Origin: Bacteroidales bacterium | Lineage (GTDB): Bacteria > Bacteroidota > Bacteroidia > Bacteroidales > Muribaculaceae | NCBI GenBank assembly: GCA_003150235.1 | Contig: QAMW01000015.1 | Span: forward strand, 5,471 to 69,470 | Direction of reading: 5' to 3' | Length of the DNA: 64,000 bases | In this document: in pieces, positions 10,533 to 20,451 of the stretch | Layout: the number at the start of each line of letters is the position of its first letter | Position numbering within the stretch: position 1 is the first letter of the stretch | Program-made: the position numbers and the translations under genes | The notes under the pieces: model-generated | Databases searched by the model: none | Told to the model about the DNA's origin: nothing | The model's input: the letters and a program-made list of their open reading frames with translations, nothing else

Positions 10533-12014
10533 TTATCGAGTAAACTTGACAGAGGTGGTATTGCCGTTATTGTTGACAGTAGCTATGTAAAGACCGCTTG
10601 TCAGTGAGGACAAATCCACGTTGAATGAGCCATTGCCTGATGCCGCGATAACTTCTGCTCCCGTAACTGAATATACTTTTACGGTCGATGCGCCGGTGGC
10701 TGCTACAGAAAGAGTCGAGCCTTCAACTGAACATCCGGTTGAAGCATTTGACAGTACGTTGTCTATGCCAGTGCATATACCAAGCACGGTAAATTCGGTA
10801 TTTTCAATTTTCTGTACCGGCAACATATCCTCAAGGTCGAAGTCAAATTCTGAGGTAATTTCTTCAAGCACTTCGTCATTGTCGCCGTAGGTATAGTCAT
10901 ATGTCATCATGCCCATAAGTTCCTCCATGTCATCTTCAACCATTGTATAGGTTTCAGAAATTATATTCCCATGCTCGTCGCAGACTACTTCTGTGATTTC
11001 CCCTTCGGTCATCACATATTCGGGGTCTTCGTCATATACGTATTCAGCTATGCTCTTTTCTGTAAAGCTTCCAAACTCATCAGTGTAGGTGACAGACACG
11101 GTCTCTTTACCGCTCATCCCTTCTTCAGGATCGGAATATGAAGATACGATGATGCAGTCCTTTGCGTTTGGATATTCAGCTGCAATATCGTAAAATAGTT
11201 CCCCCTCTTCATATAGTTGTGCGCTTTTTATCTTGTTGTCACCTGCAAAAAGCTTTTTAAAATCAGTGACGGCAATCTGTCCGTTACATGCTTCCCACAC
11301 TATGTCCTTGAGCTCCGAGCCTTCTTCCCAGTAATATTCATTAGTGCTGTAATCATATCGCATATTTGATATACTCCAGGTGTCGGGCTCTTGTTTGCCT
11401 TCCGGATAAGTCAGTTCTATTTTAACTGTATTGTCGTATTTGCCGTCATACCATACGAACACATTGAAGTTGGTCACATTGCCGGCGGCATTGCGAATTA
11501 CCTCAAATTTGTTGCCCGTACTGATGACCCACTCATTATTTTGATAATAGTAAATTTCAAGTAATGTATTAAGGTCATGTAATTGGGGATCGGAAAATTC
11601 CCAGATTCTTTTCTCACGTGGAGTCCAGGTGTTTCCTCCGTCAGTGCTTATGGATGTGATTTGGGAAGTCTTGTTGCCAAAGGAGTCATAGGTCATTGTG
11701 ACCTGACTGATGGTTTCGTCTTCGGGGGTCTCCTCAAGATAGCGGGTCACGTTTCCCTGCGCGTCGTAGAAGTTGCTGATATTCGCGTCGACAATCCATT
11801 CGCCTTCGTCATATACGCTGACAGTCTGTTTTGCTGGTAGCATTGTGCCATCTTCGGCTGCTTTATTCGCGGCTATGTTTTTTACAAGCCCGTTGCTTTT
11901 GACTGTGGCATCGGCAGTTTTTATCGGCATTAACCGCGGAGCCGTTTTTTTGGCGGAGAGGGCAGGTGAGGCGACAAGTGCGCCTGCGATAGCAATCAGA
12001 GTAAAATAATTCAT
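10533..12014 (-). CDS. Secreted protein with a T9SS (Por) C-terminal sorting domain and degenerate YD-like motifs
   Basis: Signal peptide MNYFTLIAIAGALVASPALSA. The C-terminus (STVKVYSVTGAEVIAASGNGSFNVDLSSLTSGLYIATVNNNGNTTSVKFTR) is typical of T9SS CTDs. Internal motifs: YDAQGNVTRY, TYDSFGNKTSQI, NAAGNVTNF, DEHGNIISE. Confidence 0.7.
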   Translation of the reverse strand: MNYFTLIAIAGALVASPALSAKKTAPRLMPIKTADATVKSNGLVKNIAANKAAEDGTMLPAKQTVSVYDEGEWIVDANISNFYDAQGNVTRYLEETPEDETISQVTMTYDSFGNKTSQITSISTDGGNTWTPREKRIWEFSDPQLHDLNTLLEIYYYQNNEWVISTGNKFEVIRNAAGNVTNFNVFVWYDGKYDNTVKIELTYPEGKQEPDTWSISNMRYDYSTNEYYWEEGSELKDIVWEACNGQIAVTDFKKLFAGDNKIKSAQLYEEGELFYDIAAEYPNAKDCIIVSSYSDPEEGMSGKETVSVTYTDEFGSFTEKSIAEYVYDEDPEYVMTEGEITEVVCDEHGNIISETYTMVEDDMEELMGMMTYDYTYGDNDEVLEEITSEFDFDLEDMLPVQKIENTEFTVLGICTGIDNVLSNASTGCSVEGSTLSVAATGASTVKVYSVTGAEVIAASGNGSFNVDLSSLTSGLYIATVNNNGNTTSVKFTR

Positions 12015-12207
12015 AAGCGATGTAATGAAAAGTTTAAATTGTAAGGTAATAATAGTTATGATTTTACGCAAAGTTAACCCAAAATATCTGAACCCGCAAA
12101 TGAATATGACGGATTCTGTAGATTTTGGGTGAATTACAATATTTTACTCATATTTCAACGAAAGTTCCGTATAATAGTCATTCATTTAGATTTCCCCGGA
12201 AGTATAG

Positions 12208-12390
12208 GTTAAGGTGGTAACTATTCAGCGAATATTACCAGTATAAGAGTTTAATTATCAAGTAGGGATGTACCATGGCGCATCCGAAAACGAGGTTAAT
12301 TAACCATAAACCGGCGGATGCTCCGGGGAGCATCCCTACAAATTAATTGCAATCAGACTGTTGGAGTCGCTGAATAGTTACGTTAAGGTG
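12208..12390. mobile_element. MITE-like non-autonomous element (165 bp) with flanking 9-bp direct repeats
   Basis: Perfect 15-bp terminal inverted repeats: gtaactattcagcga (12217-12231) and tcgctgaatagttac (12367-12381). They are flanked by identical gttaaggtg at 12208-12216 and 12382-12390. The interior has nested GC-rich hairpins (gtagggatg...catccctac; ggatgc/gcatcc) and no ORF. Confidence 0.55.
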
Positions 12391-12438
12391 GATTTTTGGA
12401 TAATAAATGTTAATTACGGAAATTTTTCTGCAAATATT

Positions 12439-12469
12439 TTTGGTGAATAAAATTTAATCGGTAACTTTG
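12439..12469 (+). promoter_or_regulatory. Bacteroides-type sigma-A promoter (-33 TTTG / -7 TAnnTTTG) for the U32 gene
   Basis: TTTG at 12439-12442, a 19-nt spacer, and TAACTTTG at 12462-12469. Lies about 105 nt upstream of the ATG at 12574. Confidence 0.5.
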
Positions 12470-12573
12470 TATCAGTTTTTCATGGTATTAGATTTAAGGT
12501 AAAAAGATTATTCGTCGTGACGACGAGTAATTTTTTTTATGTCCTTGCCGTTATCATGTAAATTGTAGTTATT

Positions 12574-14409
12574 ATGCAGAATGCCCCAAGAAAAATAGAG
12601 TTGCTCGCTCCCGCGCGCAATGCCGACATTGCCATAGAGGCGATAAAGCATGGCGCTGATGCCGTGTATATAGGTGCGGAAGGATTTGGTGCACGTGCCG
12701 CTGCCGCTAACCCGGTGAGGGACATTGAGCGTCTTACAGAGTTTGCCCATCGTTACCTGGCTCGCGTCTACGTTACTGTAAATACAATAATATATGACAA
12801 TGAACTGCGTGATGTAGAGCGTCTTATAGGTCGCTTATACCGCGCAGGTGTCGACGCGCTTATCGTGCAGGATATGGCGGTGTTGCGTATGGATATCCCT
12901 CCGATAGCTCTCCACGCAAGCACACAGTGTGACACGCGCACCCCGGCACAGGCGCGTTTTCTGCAGGATGCCGGTTTTTCCCAGATAGTGCTCCCGCGCG
13001 AACTGACACTTGAGGAGATACGTGCGATGCACGAGGCGGTGAGTGTACCGCTTGAATCATTTGTACACGGGGCGCTCTGTGTGAGCTACAGCGGCGACTG
13101 CCATGCAAGCCAAGTGTTAAAAGGAAGGAGTGCCAACCGCGGGGAATGTGCGCAGATATGTCGTTTGCCATACGACCTTTATGACGGACTGGGCAACTGT
13201 GTGGAGCATGGTCGTCACTTGCTTTCGTTGCGTGACATGAACCGTTCAGCCGACATTATGGCGATGCTTGACGCCGGTGTCAGCTCATTCAAGATAGAAG
13301 GAAGGCTGAAAGATGCCGGATATGTGAAAAATGTAGTGAGCTATTACGACCGTAAATTGCGTGAGATTACCGGGCGTCACCCTGACCGTTATTGCCGTCT
13401 CTCGGCAGGCAGCGTCGACACTACCTTCACTCCTGATGTGAGGAAAAGTTTCAACCGTGGCTTCACCACCTATTTCCTTAACGGTATCGAGCCCTCCATC
13501 GGCTCGATTTATACACCCAAATCACAAGGTGAGCCTGTAGGTAGGGTGATGAAGAGTGACGGGCGCATGATTGAGGCGCGTCTTGACGCTGCGCTTTCCA
13601 ATGGTGATGGTCTCGGATTTTTCAATGAGCGCAAGGAGTTTGTCGGTTTCAGGCTCAACCGGGTGGAAGGGTCTCGACTCTTCCCTGCCTCTAAAATCAT
13701 GATAAAGCCCGGAACAAAACTTTACCGCAACAGTGATAAGGCTTTCGACGATATTTTGAGTAAAGAGTCGGCGTCGCGCACAATCGCACTCGACATGACG
13801 CTGCGCATTGCCGGTGACAGGCTTGTACTTGATGTGGCTGATGAGCGTGGCAACGCAGTGACCGCAACGATTGATGCCGATGTCACGCAGGCAGCCCAAT
13901 CTGAGCAGACAGAGCCTCGACGACGTGCGCTCGGAAAGCTTGGAGGCACAGGCTATCGTCTCGGTACACTTGATGACCGTGTCGGCTCACGATTTATTGC
14001 CGCAGGTGTGCTCACCGCATTGCGCCGTGATGCAATCGCGTTGCTTGATGCTGCAAACCGTATGAGATACAATCGTGAGTTGCGACATCCTGAAAACCGG
14101 ACTGCGGTTTATCCCGCAACTCGCCTGGACTATCATTATAATGTGGCAAATTCAGAGGCGGAGGCGTTTTATCGTGGCCATGGTGTCAAGAGCGTATCGC
14201 CCGCTATCGAGACTGTCCCGCCGAAAAAGGGAAGTGACGTACAGGTGATGACCACGCGTTACTGTCTGCGCCGAGAGCTTGGGGCATGTCTTAAGGAGGG
14301 TGGCGGAGCGAAACTTCCTGCTCCGCTCGTGTTGCGTTCGGGTGATATCACGCTTCGTCTTGACTTTGATTGCGCGGCATGCCGTATGCACGTGATGACG
14401 CAGCGGTAG
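12574..14409 (+). CDS. Peptidase U32 family protein (collagenase-like / YegQ-type)
   Basis: 611 aa. The N-terminus KIELLAPARNADIAIEAIKHGADAVYIGAEGFGARAAA is typical of the U32 family. A Cys-rich GECAQICRLPY region is also present. Confidence 0.85.
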   Translation: MQNAPRKIELLAPARNADIAIEAIKHGADAVYIGAEGFGARAAAANPVRDIERLTEFAHRYLARVYVTVNTIIYDNELRDVERLIGRLYRAGVDALIVQDMAVLRMDIPPIALHASTQCDTRTPAQARFLQDAGFSQIVLPRELTLEEIRAMHEAVSVPLESFVHGALCVSYSGDCHASQVLKGRSANRGECAQICRLPYDLYDGLGNCVEHGRHLLSLRDMNRSADIMAMLDAGVSSFKIEGRLKDAGYVKNVVSYYDRKLREITGRHPDRYCRLSAGSVDTTFTPDVRKSFNRGFTTYFLNGIEPSIGSIYTPKSQGEPVGRVMKSDGRMIEARLDAALSNGDGLGFFNERKEFVGFRLNRVEGSRLFPASKIMIKPGTKLYRNSDKAFDDILSKESASRTIALDMTLRIAGDRLVLDVADERGNAVTATIDADVTQAAQSEQTEPRRRALGKLGGTGYRLGTLDDRVGSRFIAAGVLTALRRDAIALLDAANRMRYNRELRHPENRTAVYPATRLDYHYNVANSEAEAFYRGHGVKSVSPAIETVPPKKGSDVQVMTTRYCLRRELGACLKEGGGAKLPAPLVLRSGDITLRLDFDCAACRMHVMTQR

Positions 14410-15789
14410 TTACTGCCGCCAGCCGCCACCAAGTGCCTTGTAGAGCTGCACGATTACCAGTTCTTTGTTACGTATGGCGTTGCTGAGGTTTATCTGTGCG
14501 TCGAAATAACTACGCTGTGCGTCAAGCACATCGATGTAGCCTATCACGCCGTTGATATATTGCAGCTGTGCAAGTTCCATCGTGGTTTTTGACGCTTGTT
14601 CAAGTTCTGCCATCGACTCATAGATTTCCTGTATCTTGTTGTAGTCGACAATGGCATTGCGCACCTCCATGAAGGCGTTCAGTACAACCTTTTCATAACT
14701 GTAACACTCCTGTTCATAGACAGCCTGCTGGGCGCGATATGCACCTTGGCGGCGTCCGAAGTCAAATATCGATCCGAGCAACGAAGCGCTGAGAAAGTGC
14801 ATCGGCGACTTGAAAAAGTCGGAAAACTCCTCGCTTTCAAGTCCGCCTGTTGCCGTGAGCGTCAGGCGAGGAAATCGGTTGGTGTATGCCATTCCCACTG
14901 CGGCATTTGCCGCGATAAGGCTCTGTTCGGCTGCCCTCACGTCGGGGCGTCGTTCAAGCAAAGTGGAGGGAAGTCCGACAGGAAGATTTTCGGGTAAAGT
15001 TATGCGTTTTCTTTGGCGGTTACGCTCTATTGTCGAGGGAAATTCTCCTGCGAGAAATGATATTTCATTCTCTTTCAGCGCAATGTCGCGTTCAAGTATA
15101 GGAATGTGTGTGGCTGTGCGCGCAAGCTCCATCTTTGCCTGTTGATAGGATGTCTCGGAGGTAAGTCCGCCTTCAAAACGCAGTTTGGCGAGGCGCACAC
15201 TCTCTTTTCGTGCATCGAGGGTCTGCCTTACGATACTCAGTTCGTTATCAAGCGCCACAAGTTCAAAATAAGCCTGCGCCACTTCGGCGATGATGGAGAG
15301 GGTGAGACCACGGCGGTTTTCCACGCTTTCCATCAATAGTGCTTTGCTGCGGTCGTTCGCCCAACGGAGATTTCCCCACAGGTCGAGTTCCCATGACAGG
15401 GAGGCTTTCAGACCTTCCTCCGGGTCATTTTTATAGCGGTCGCCTCCATAGTTAAGTCCCTCTTTTTGCACATAGGCTTGTCCGTTGACTGTCGGAAACA
15501 GATTGCCGAGTTCGACACGCTTTCTTGCCGCGAGTTCCTTAATGCGCGCATCGGCAATGCGTAGATCTTTATTATGGTCGAGAGTGTGTGTGATGAGGCG
15601 TGACAATACCGAGTCGTTGTAGATTTCCCACCACGCGAGGTCGGCGATTGAAAATGTATCGGTGTCATGCCCCTTTTCCAGGGTCGGGGGCACTGACATC
15701 TGCGGTTTCACGTATTTTTGTCCGAGCTTGCATCCGCTCATTACGCATACAAGCAGGAGCGCATATAATATTATAAAGCGAGTCTTCAT
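14410..15789 (-). CDS. RND efflux outer-membrane factor lipoprotein (TolC/NodT family)
   Basis: Lipobox LLVCVMSGC. Two-repeat OMF architecture, ending in LYKALGGGW. Last gene of the efflux operon. Confidence 0.88.
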   Translation of the reverse strand: MKTRFIILYALLLVCVMSGCKLGQKYVKPQMSVPPTLEKGHDTDTFSIADLAWWEIYNDSVLSRLITHTLDHNKDLRIADARIKELAARKRVELGNLFPTVNGQAYVQKEGLNYGGDRYKNDPEEGLKASLSWELDLWGNLRWANDRSKALLMESVENRRGLTLSIIAEVAQAYFELVALDNELSIVRQTLDARKESVRLAKLRFEGGLTSETSYQQAKMELARTATHIPILERDIALKENEISFLAGEFPSTIERNRQRKRITLPENLPVGLPSTLLERRPDVRAAEQSLIAANAAVGMAYTNRFPRLTLTATGGLESEEFSDFFKSPMHFLSASLLGSIFDFGRRQGAYRAQQAVYEQECYSYEKVVLNAFMEVRNAIVDYNKIQEIYESMAELEQASKTTMELAQLQYINGVIGYIDVLDAQRSYFDAQINLSNAIRNKELVIVQLYKALGGGWRQ

Positions 15790-18700
15790 TTTTTCTTATG
15801 GAAAATATGTGTCAGTTTCTTTGCCTTGACAGGTATATGTAGAGCGGGGTAACGATTACGCAGACGGCTCATGACGCGATAGATAAGCACGAAGAAGAAC
15901 GGCACGAGCACTATTCCCGCCACCACGGCGACAATCATGCCGAAAAATACACCTGTGCCTATCGCCTGGCGGCTTGCCGACCCGGGACCTGACGCTATCA
16001 CCATCGGGAGCATACCGAGGATAAAGGCGAGTGAGGTCATGAGAATGGGGCGGAAGCGGAGCCGCGCTGCATATATTGCCGCTTGTAGCGCATCGACACC
16101 TTTGTCGGTCTGCTCCTTGGCAAATTCTACGATAAGTATGGCATTTTTTGCCGCCATACCCATGAGCATCACAAGACCTATCTGGAAATACACGTCATTT
16201 TCCAGTCCGCATGCCCATTCCCCGACGTAGGCGCCAAATGCCGCCACGGGAAGCGACAGCAGAACCGCTGCCGGGACTGTCCAGCTTTCATAGAGCGCGG
16301 CAAGGAACAGAAACACAAACAGGAACACAAGGGTAAGCACAAGCCCCGTCTGGCCTCCCGCTTTCTTTTCCTGAAAAGACAGTCCGCTCCATTCCACGCC
16401 TATGTTTTCAGGAAGTTTCTCCTGCGCGATTTTCTCCACGATTTCCATAGCCTCTCCGGAACTATAGCCTTTTGCCGCCTCGCCTCTGATGACCGCGCTG
16501 TTAAACATGTTGAAGCGTTTGATGTTTCCCGGACCGGTGGTAAACGACGATGTGCCGAGCGATGTGAGCGGAATCATTGCATTACCGTTGCCTCTCACGA
16601 AGAAGAGATTGATATTTTCGCGGTGTTCGCGGTATGGTGCCTCTGCCTGGATGTAAACGCGATATACGCGGTTAAACATGTTGAAGTCGTTGACATATAC
16701 CGAGCCTGTGTAAGCCTTCATCGTGGCAAATACGTCGGCGAGCGGCACCCCGGCAAATTTCACCTTGTCACGGTCGACATCGAAATATAGCTGCGGGATG
16801 TCGGCTTGCAGTGATGTGGAAAGTCCGGCGACTTTCTTGTTCATCGAGGCATATTTCATCACCGTATCGGTGGCTGCCACAAGGTCGTGCAGGGTGGCAT
16901 CGCCTCGCGCCTCAAGCTGCATCTCGAATCCTCCCGATTGCCCCAGCCCGGGGATTACAGGCGGTTTTGACAGATACACCTTACATTCGGGATATTCCGA
17001 GAGGTCTTTCCTGACCACCGCCATGATATCGTCGATAGTCTCGTCGTCACGCTCTTCCCACGGCTTCAGTATCACCGTGAGCTCGCTGCGCGCCTGGCTG
17101 CTGCCAACCTGCGAGCTGCTTCCGGCGACACTCTGCACATATTCCACGGCGGGGTTGTCCATCAGGTAACTCACGGCGCGTTCGGTCACAAGGCGAGTGC
17201 GCTCCAGTGTGGCTCCCTCGGGAAGTTCCAGCTCTACCTTGAAGTAACCCTGGTCCTCAACCGGAAGGAAGCTTGAAGGCATGAACTTGTTGATGATGAA
17301 AATAGCCACAATCATCATGCCGAATCCGGCGATTACACGTTTCTTGTATTTCAGGCTGTCACGTATTATCCGGACATATCGTGTGTTGCCTTTAGCAAGC
17401 CATTCGTTGATTTTGCGGAACACTACATTTTTCTTCTCTCCCTCTTTCTGAGGGCGAAGTATGAGCGAACACATCACCGGGCTTAATGTCAGCGCGACCA
17501 CCGCCGACAACAGTACGGATACCACTATTGTCACCGTGAACTGACGGTAAAGCTGCCCGGTGATGCCGCCGAGGAAACTTACCGGTACAAATACGGCTGC
17601 AAGCACGAGCGATGTGGCGATGATAGGGCTTGCGAGTCCCTGCATCGCCTTCTTGGTCGCTTCGTAAGGGGGAAGATGTTCCTCTTCCATCACTCGCTCC
17701 ACATTCTCGACCACGACTATCGCGTCGTCGACCACTATACCGATTGCGAGCACGAGCCCGAGCAGGGTGAGCATGTTGAGCGAGAACCCGAATATAAGCA
17801 TGAAGCCGAATGTACCGATGAGGGATATCGGTACTGCGACAAGGGGAATGAGCGTTGCGCGCCATGACTGCAGCGACAGGTAAACCACGAATATCACCAA
17901 TACGAGAGCCTCGAAAAGGGTCTTGTACACCTCATGGATAGATTCGGAGATATAGGTGGTCATGTCAAACGGGATTTCGTAGCTCAGTCCGTCGGGGAAA
18001 CCTTGGCTGATTTCTTCCATCGCCTCCTTGACGCGCCCGGCAACATCCATTGCATTGGCTCCGGGAAGCATATATACGGCAAGTACAGCGGCGTTTTCGC
18101 CGTTTATGCCACTTTCCGTATTGTAACTTTGCGCTTCAAGCGATATACGTGCCACGTCGCGCAGTCGTATGATTGACCCGTCGGGATTGGCGCGCACGAC
18201 AATTTCCTCAAATTGGCTCACCGTTGACAATCTGCCTTGTGTGGTGATAGGTATGGTCACGTCAAGCCCCTTGGTAGGCTGCTGTCCGAGTACACCTGCC
18301 GCCGATTCGCGGTTCTGGTCTTTCAACGCTTTCTGAAGGTCGGCGACCGTGATGCCGAGGTTGGCGAGTTTGTCGGGCTGTACCCAAATCTGCATGGCGT
18401 AATATCTGCCGCCTATCTGCGACACGCGCCCTACGCCCGGGATACGCCGCAGAAGGTCGATTACATTAAGTGTGGCGAAGTTACTTAGATATATCTCGTC
18501 AAATTTCGGGTCGGACGACTGTACGCAGATTGTGAGCAGCTGGCTCGGAGCCTGTTTTTCGACCGAGATGCCGTTTTGCACCACCTCTGCCGGGAGTCGC
18601 GACTCGGCGAGCTTCACGCGGTTCTGTATCTCGACGGCGGCAAGATCGGCGTTTGCCGAGATGTCAAATGTCACCGTGGCGGAAAAAGAACCGGAATTGG

Positions 18701-18950
18701 AACTTGAAGATTCCATATATAGCATCCCCGGTGTGCCGTTCAGCTCCTGTTCGATAGGGGTGGCTACTGCCTGCGAAACAGTGAGTGCGCTTGCTCCGGG
18801 ATATGACGCGCTGATTTTTACAACCGGCGGCGTGATTTGCGGATACTGGTCGATAGGAAGCATCGTGAGTCCGATTACACCCACGATTACAATCAGTATC
18901 GACAGCACCATCGAAAATACGGGACGGTCTATGAAAAAGCTTACTTTCAT
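15786..18950 (-). CDS. RND efflux permease (AcrB/HAE1 family)
   Basis: 1054 aa with 12-TM architecture. Starts MKVSFFIDRPVFSMVLSILIV. Carries the conserved GIVVDDAIVVVENVER motif. 4-nt overlap with the OMF gene. Confidence 0.95.
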   Translation of the reverse strand: MKVSFFIDRPVFSMVLSILIVIVGVIGLTMLPIDQYPQITPPVVKISASYPGASALTVSQAVATPIEQELNGTPGMLYMESSSSNSGSFSATVTFDISANADLAAVEIQNRVKLAESRLPAEVVQNGISVEKQAPSQLLTICVQSSDPKFDEIYLSNFATLNVIDLLRRIPGVGRVSQIGGRYYAMQIWVQPDKLANLGITVADLQKALKDQNRESAAGVLGQQPTKGLDVTIPITTQGRLSTVSQFEEIVVRANPDGSIIRLRDVARISLEAQSYNTESGINGENAAVLAVYMLPGANAMDVAGRVKEAMEEISQGFPDGLSYEIPFDMTTYISESIHEVYKTLFEALVLVIFVVYLSLQSWRATLIPLVAVPISLIGTFGFMLIFGFSLNMLTLLGLVLAIGIVVDDAIVVVENVERVMEEEHLPPYEATKKAMQGLASPIIATSLVLAAVFVPVSFLGGITGQLYRQFTVTIVVSVLLSAVVALTLSPVMCSLILRPQKEGEKKNVVFRKINEWLAKGNTRYVRIIRDSLKYKKRVIAGFGMMIVAIFIINKFMPSSFLPVEDQGYFKVELELPEGATLERTRLVTERAVSYLMDNPAVEYVQSVAGSSSQVGSSQARSELTVILKPWEERDDETIDDIMAVVRKDLSEYPECKVYLSKPPVIPGLGQSGGFEMQLEARGDATLHDLVAATDTVMKYASMNKKVAGLSTSLQADIPQLYFDVDRDKVKFAGVPLADVFATMKAYTGSVYVNDFNMFNRVYRVYIQAEAPYREHRENINLFFVRGNGNAMIPLTSLGTSSFTTGPGNIKRFNMFNSAVIRGEAAKGYSSGEAMEIVEKIAQEKLPENIGVEWSGLSFQEKKAGGQTGLVLTLVFLFVFLFLAALYESWTVPAAVLLSLPVAAFGAYVGEWACGLENDVYFQIGLVMLMGMAAKNAILIVEFAKEQTDKGVDALQAAIYAARLRFRPILMTSLAFILGMLPMVIASGPGSASRQAIGTGVFFGMIVAVVAGIVLVPFFFVLIYRVMSRLRNRYPALHIPVKAKKLTHIFHKKK

Positions 18951-18971
18951 GCTTGTCTGTGTGATTGTATG

Positions 18972-20111
18972 TTACTCTTCATCGGTGTCGGAAGTTACCG
19001 CGTCGCTTACCCTCACTTTCATGCCGGGGGTAAGTTTATGGTAGCCTTCGACCACGACATTTTCGCCGGGATTAAGTCCACGTTCCACAACCATATTGTT
19101 CTGAAACTCCGGACCGGTCTCGATAAAGCGTTTCTCCACCGTCGAGTCGGCTCGCATTACAAATATGTGTGCGCCTCCCTTCTCGATGCTTATGGCTCGA
19201 GTCGGCACTACGGTAGCTTTCTCCCTTACGTCGAGAAGCACTTTTACCTTGGTGAATTGTCCCGGCAATATGGCGCGTTCCGGATTTGGCATCTCCGCGC
19301 GCACGGAGAATGTACCGGTATTCGGGTCGACTGTAGGCTCGGCAAAATCAACCATGCCTTTATGAAGATACACGGTGTTGTCGGCGAGGGTGATGGTGAC
19401 ATAAGGCTGCCATGCGCGGTTTTCATCTTTCTGGCTGAAATCCACATTTCGCTCCTTGCTCTTGAGGTAGTCGAGTGCGGTCATGCTGAAATCAATGAGC
19501 ACTGTGTCGCTTTTCACGATTGTGGCAAGGAGGGATTTTGCCCCGGGGCCTACAAGAGTACCCAGGTCCACGTTACGCTCGCTGATGTGCCCGGCGATAG
19601 GAGAGCGCACGGTCGTGTAGCCAAGCTCCAGCTCCGACTGAGCGAGGTCGGCGCGGCTCATCGCCACGGAGGCTTTTGCCGTCTCGTAGGCTGCAATCGC
19701 ATTGTCCAGGTCGAGCTGACTTGCAGCATTCTGTTCGTAAAGCGGGCGTATGCGTTCAAGGTCGCGCTTCGCTTTCTGTTCCTGCGACTCGTCTTTCTTC
19801 AGCTGTGCCCGCGCCTTGTCTACTTTTGCCCGGTATTGGTCGGGATTGATAATGAACAATACCTGATTTTTCTTCACGTAAGTACCCTCCTCGAAAAGCA
19901 TCTTTTCAAGGTATCCTTCCACGCGGGCGCGTACCTCTACAAACTGTTGGGCGCGTACCCTGCCTACATATTCGCCGTAAATCTCGACATCGTCCTGCGC
20001 TGCGGGTTGTACGGCGACAACGGGAAGTGTTGTCTCACTCTTTTTACATCCGGTTGCGATAACCGGTAATGTTAAGCCTAATATTATGGCTGCCAGATAT
20101 TTATTACCCAT
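18972..20111 (-). CDS. RND efflux periplasmic adaptor (membrane fusion protein)
   Basis: Lipobox VIATGC, coiled-coil hairpin region, and the VRSPIAGHISERNVDLG lipoyl-like motif. First gene of the operon. Confidence 0.9.
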   Translation of the reverse strand: MGNKYLAAIILGLTLPVIATGCKKSETTLPVVAVQPAAQDDVEIYGEYVGRVRAQQFVEVRARVEGYLEKMLFEEGTYVKKNQVLFIINPDQYRAKVDKARAQLKKDESQEQKAKRDLERIRPLYEQNAASQLDLDNAIAAYETAKASVAMSRADLAQSELELGYTTVRSPIAGHISERNVDLGTLVGPGAKSLLATIVKSDTVLIDFSMTALDYLKSKERNVDFSQKDENRAWQPYVTITLADNTVYLHKGMVDFAEPTVDPNTGTFSVRAEMPNPERAILPGQFTKVKVLLDVREKATVVPTRAISIEKGGAHIFVMRADSTVEKRFIETGPEFQNNMVVERGLNPGENVVVEGYHKLTPGMKVRVSDAVTSDTDEE

Positions 20112-20451
20112 TGATCGTTTGACTGTTTGTGTGAATGATTCTCTTTTAAGCTATGATGACTTATTGTTTTAACAAAATTCATCATAGAGAGTTCGGTCGG
20201 GATAATTTCCGGTACAAAATTAGTGTATCCTTATAAAACCGACATAAAACTATGGCTGCCGTATATTTACATATTCCTGTTGTCTATTTACACTGCATGA
20301 AATTATAGACTTGCGCTGAAAAAACATTTTGAGAAAAAATTTGTTATAATTATATGTTATAGATTGCAAAAAAATCGTAAATTTGCCATCGGTAGTAGAA
20401 CTTAACAGTAGTAAACTCATTTATATGTCTAACAAATAAATACTTACGACA

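Noticed and set aside
18837-20069. 410-aa plus-strand ORF overlapping the RND adaptor and permease genes.
   Set aside because: It is antisense to two well-supported efflux genes. The His/Arg/Cys-rich composition is typical of shadow ORFs in GC-balanced genes.
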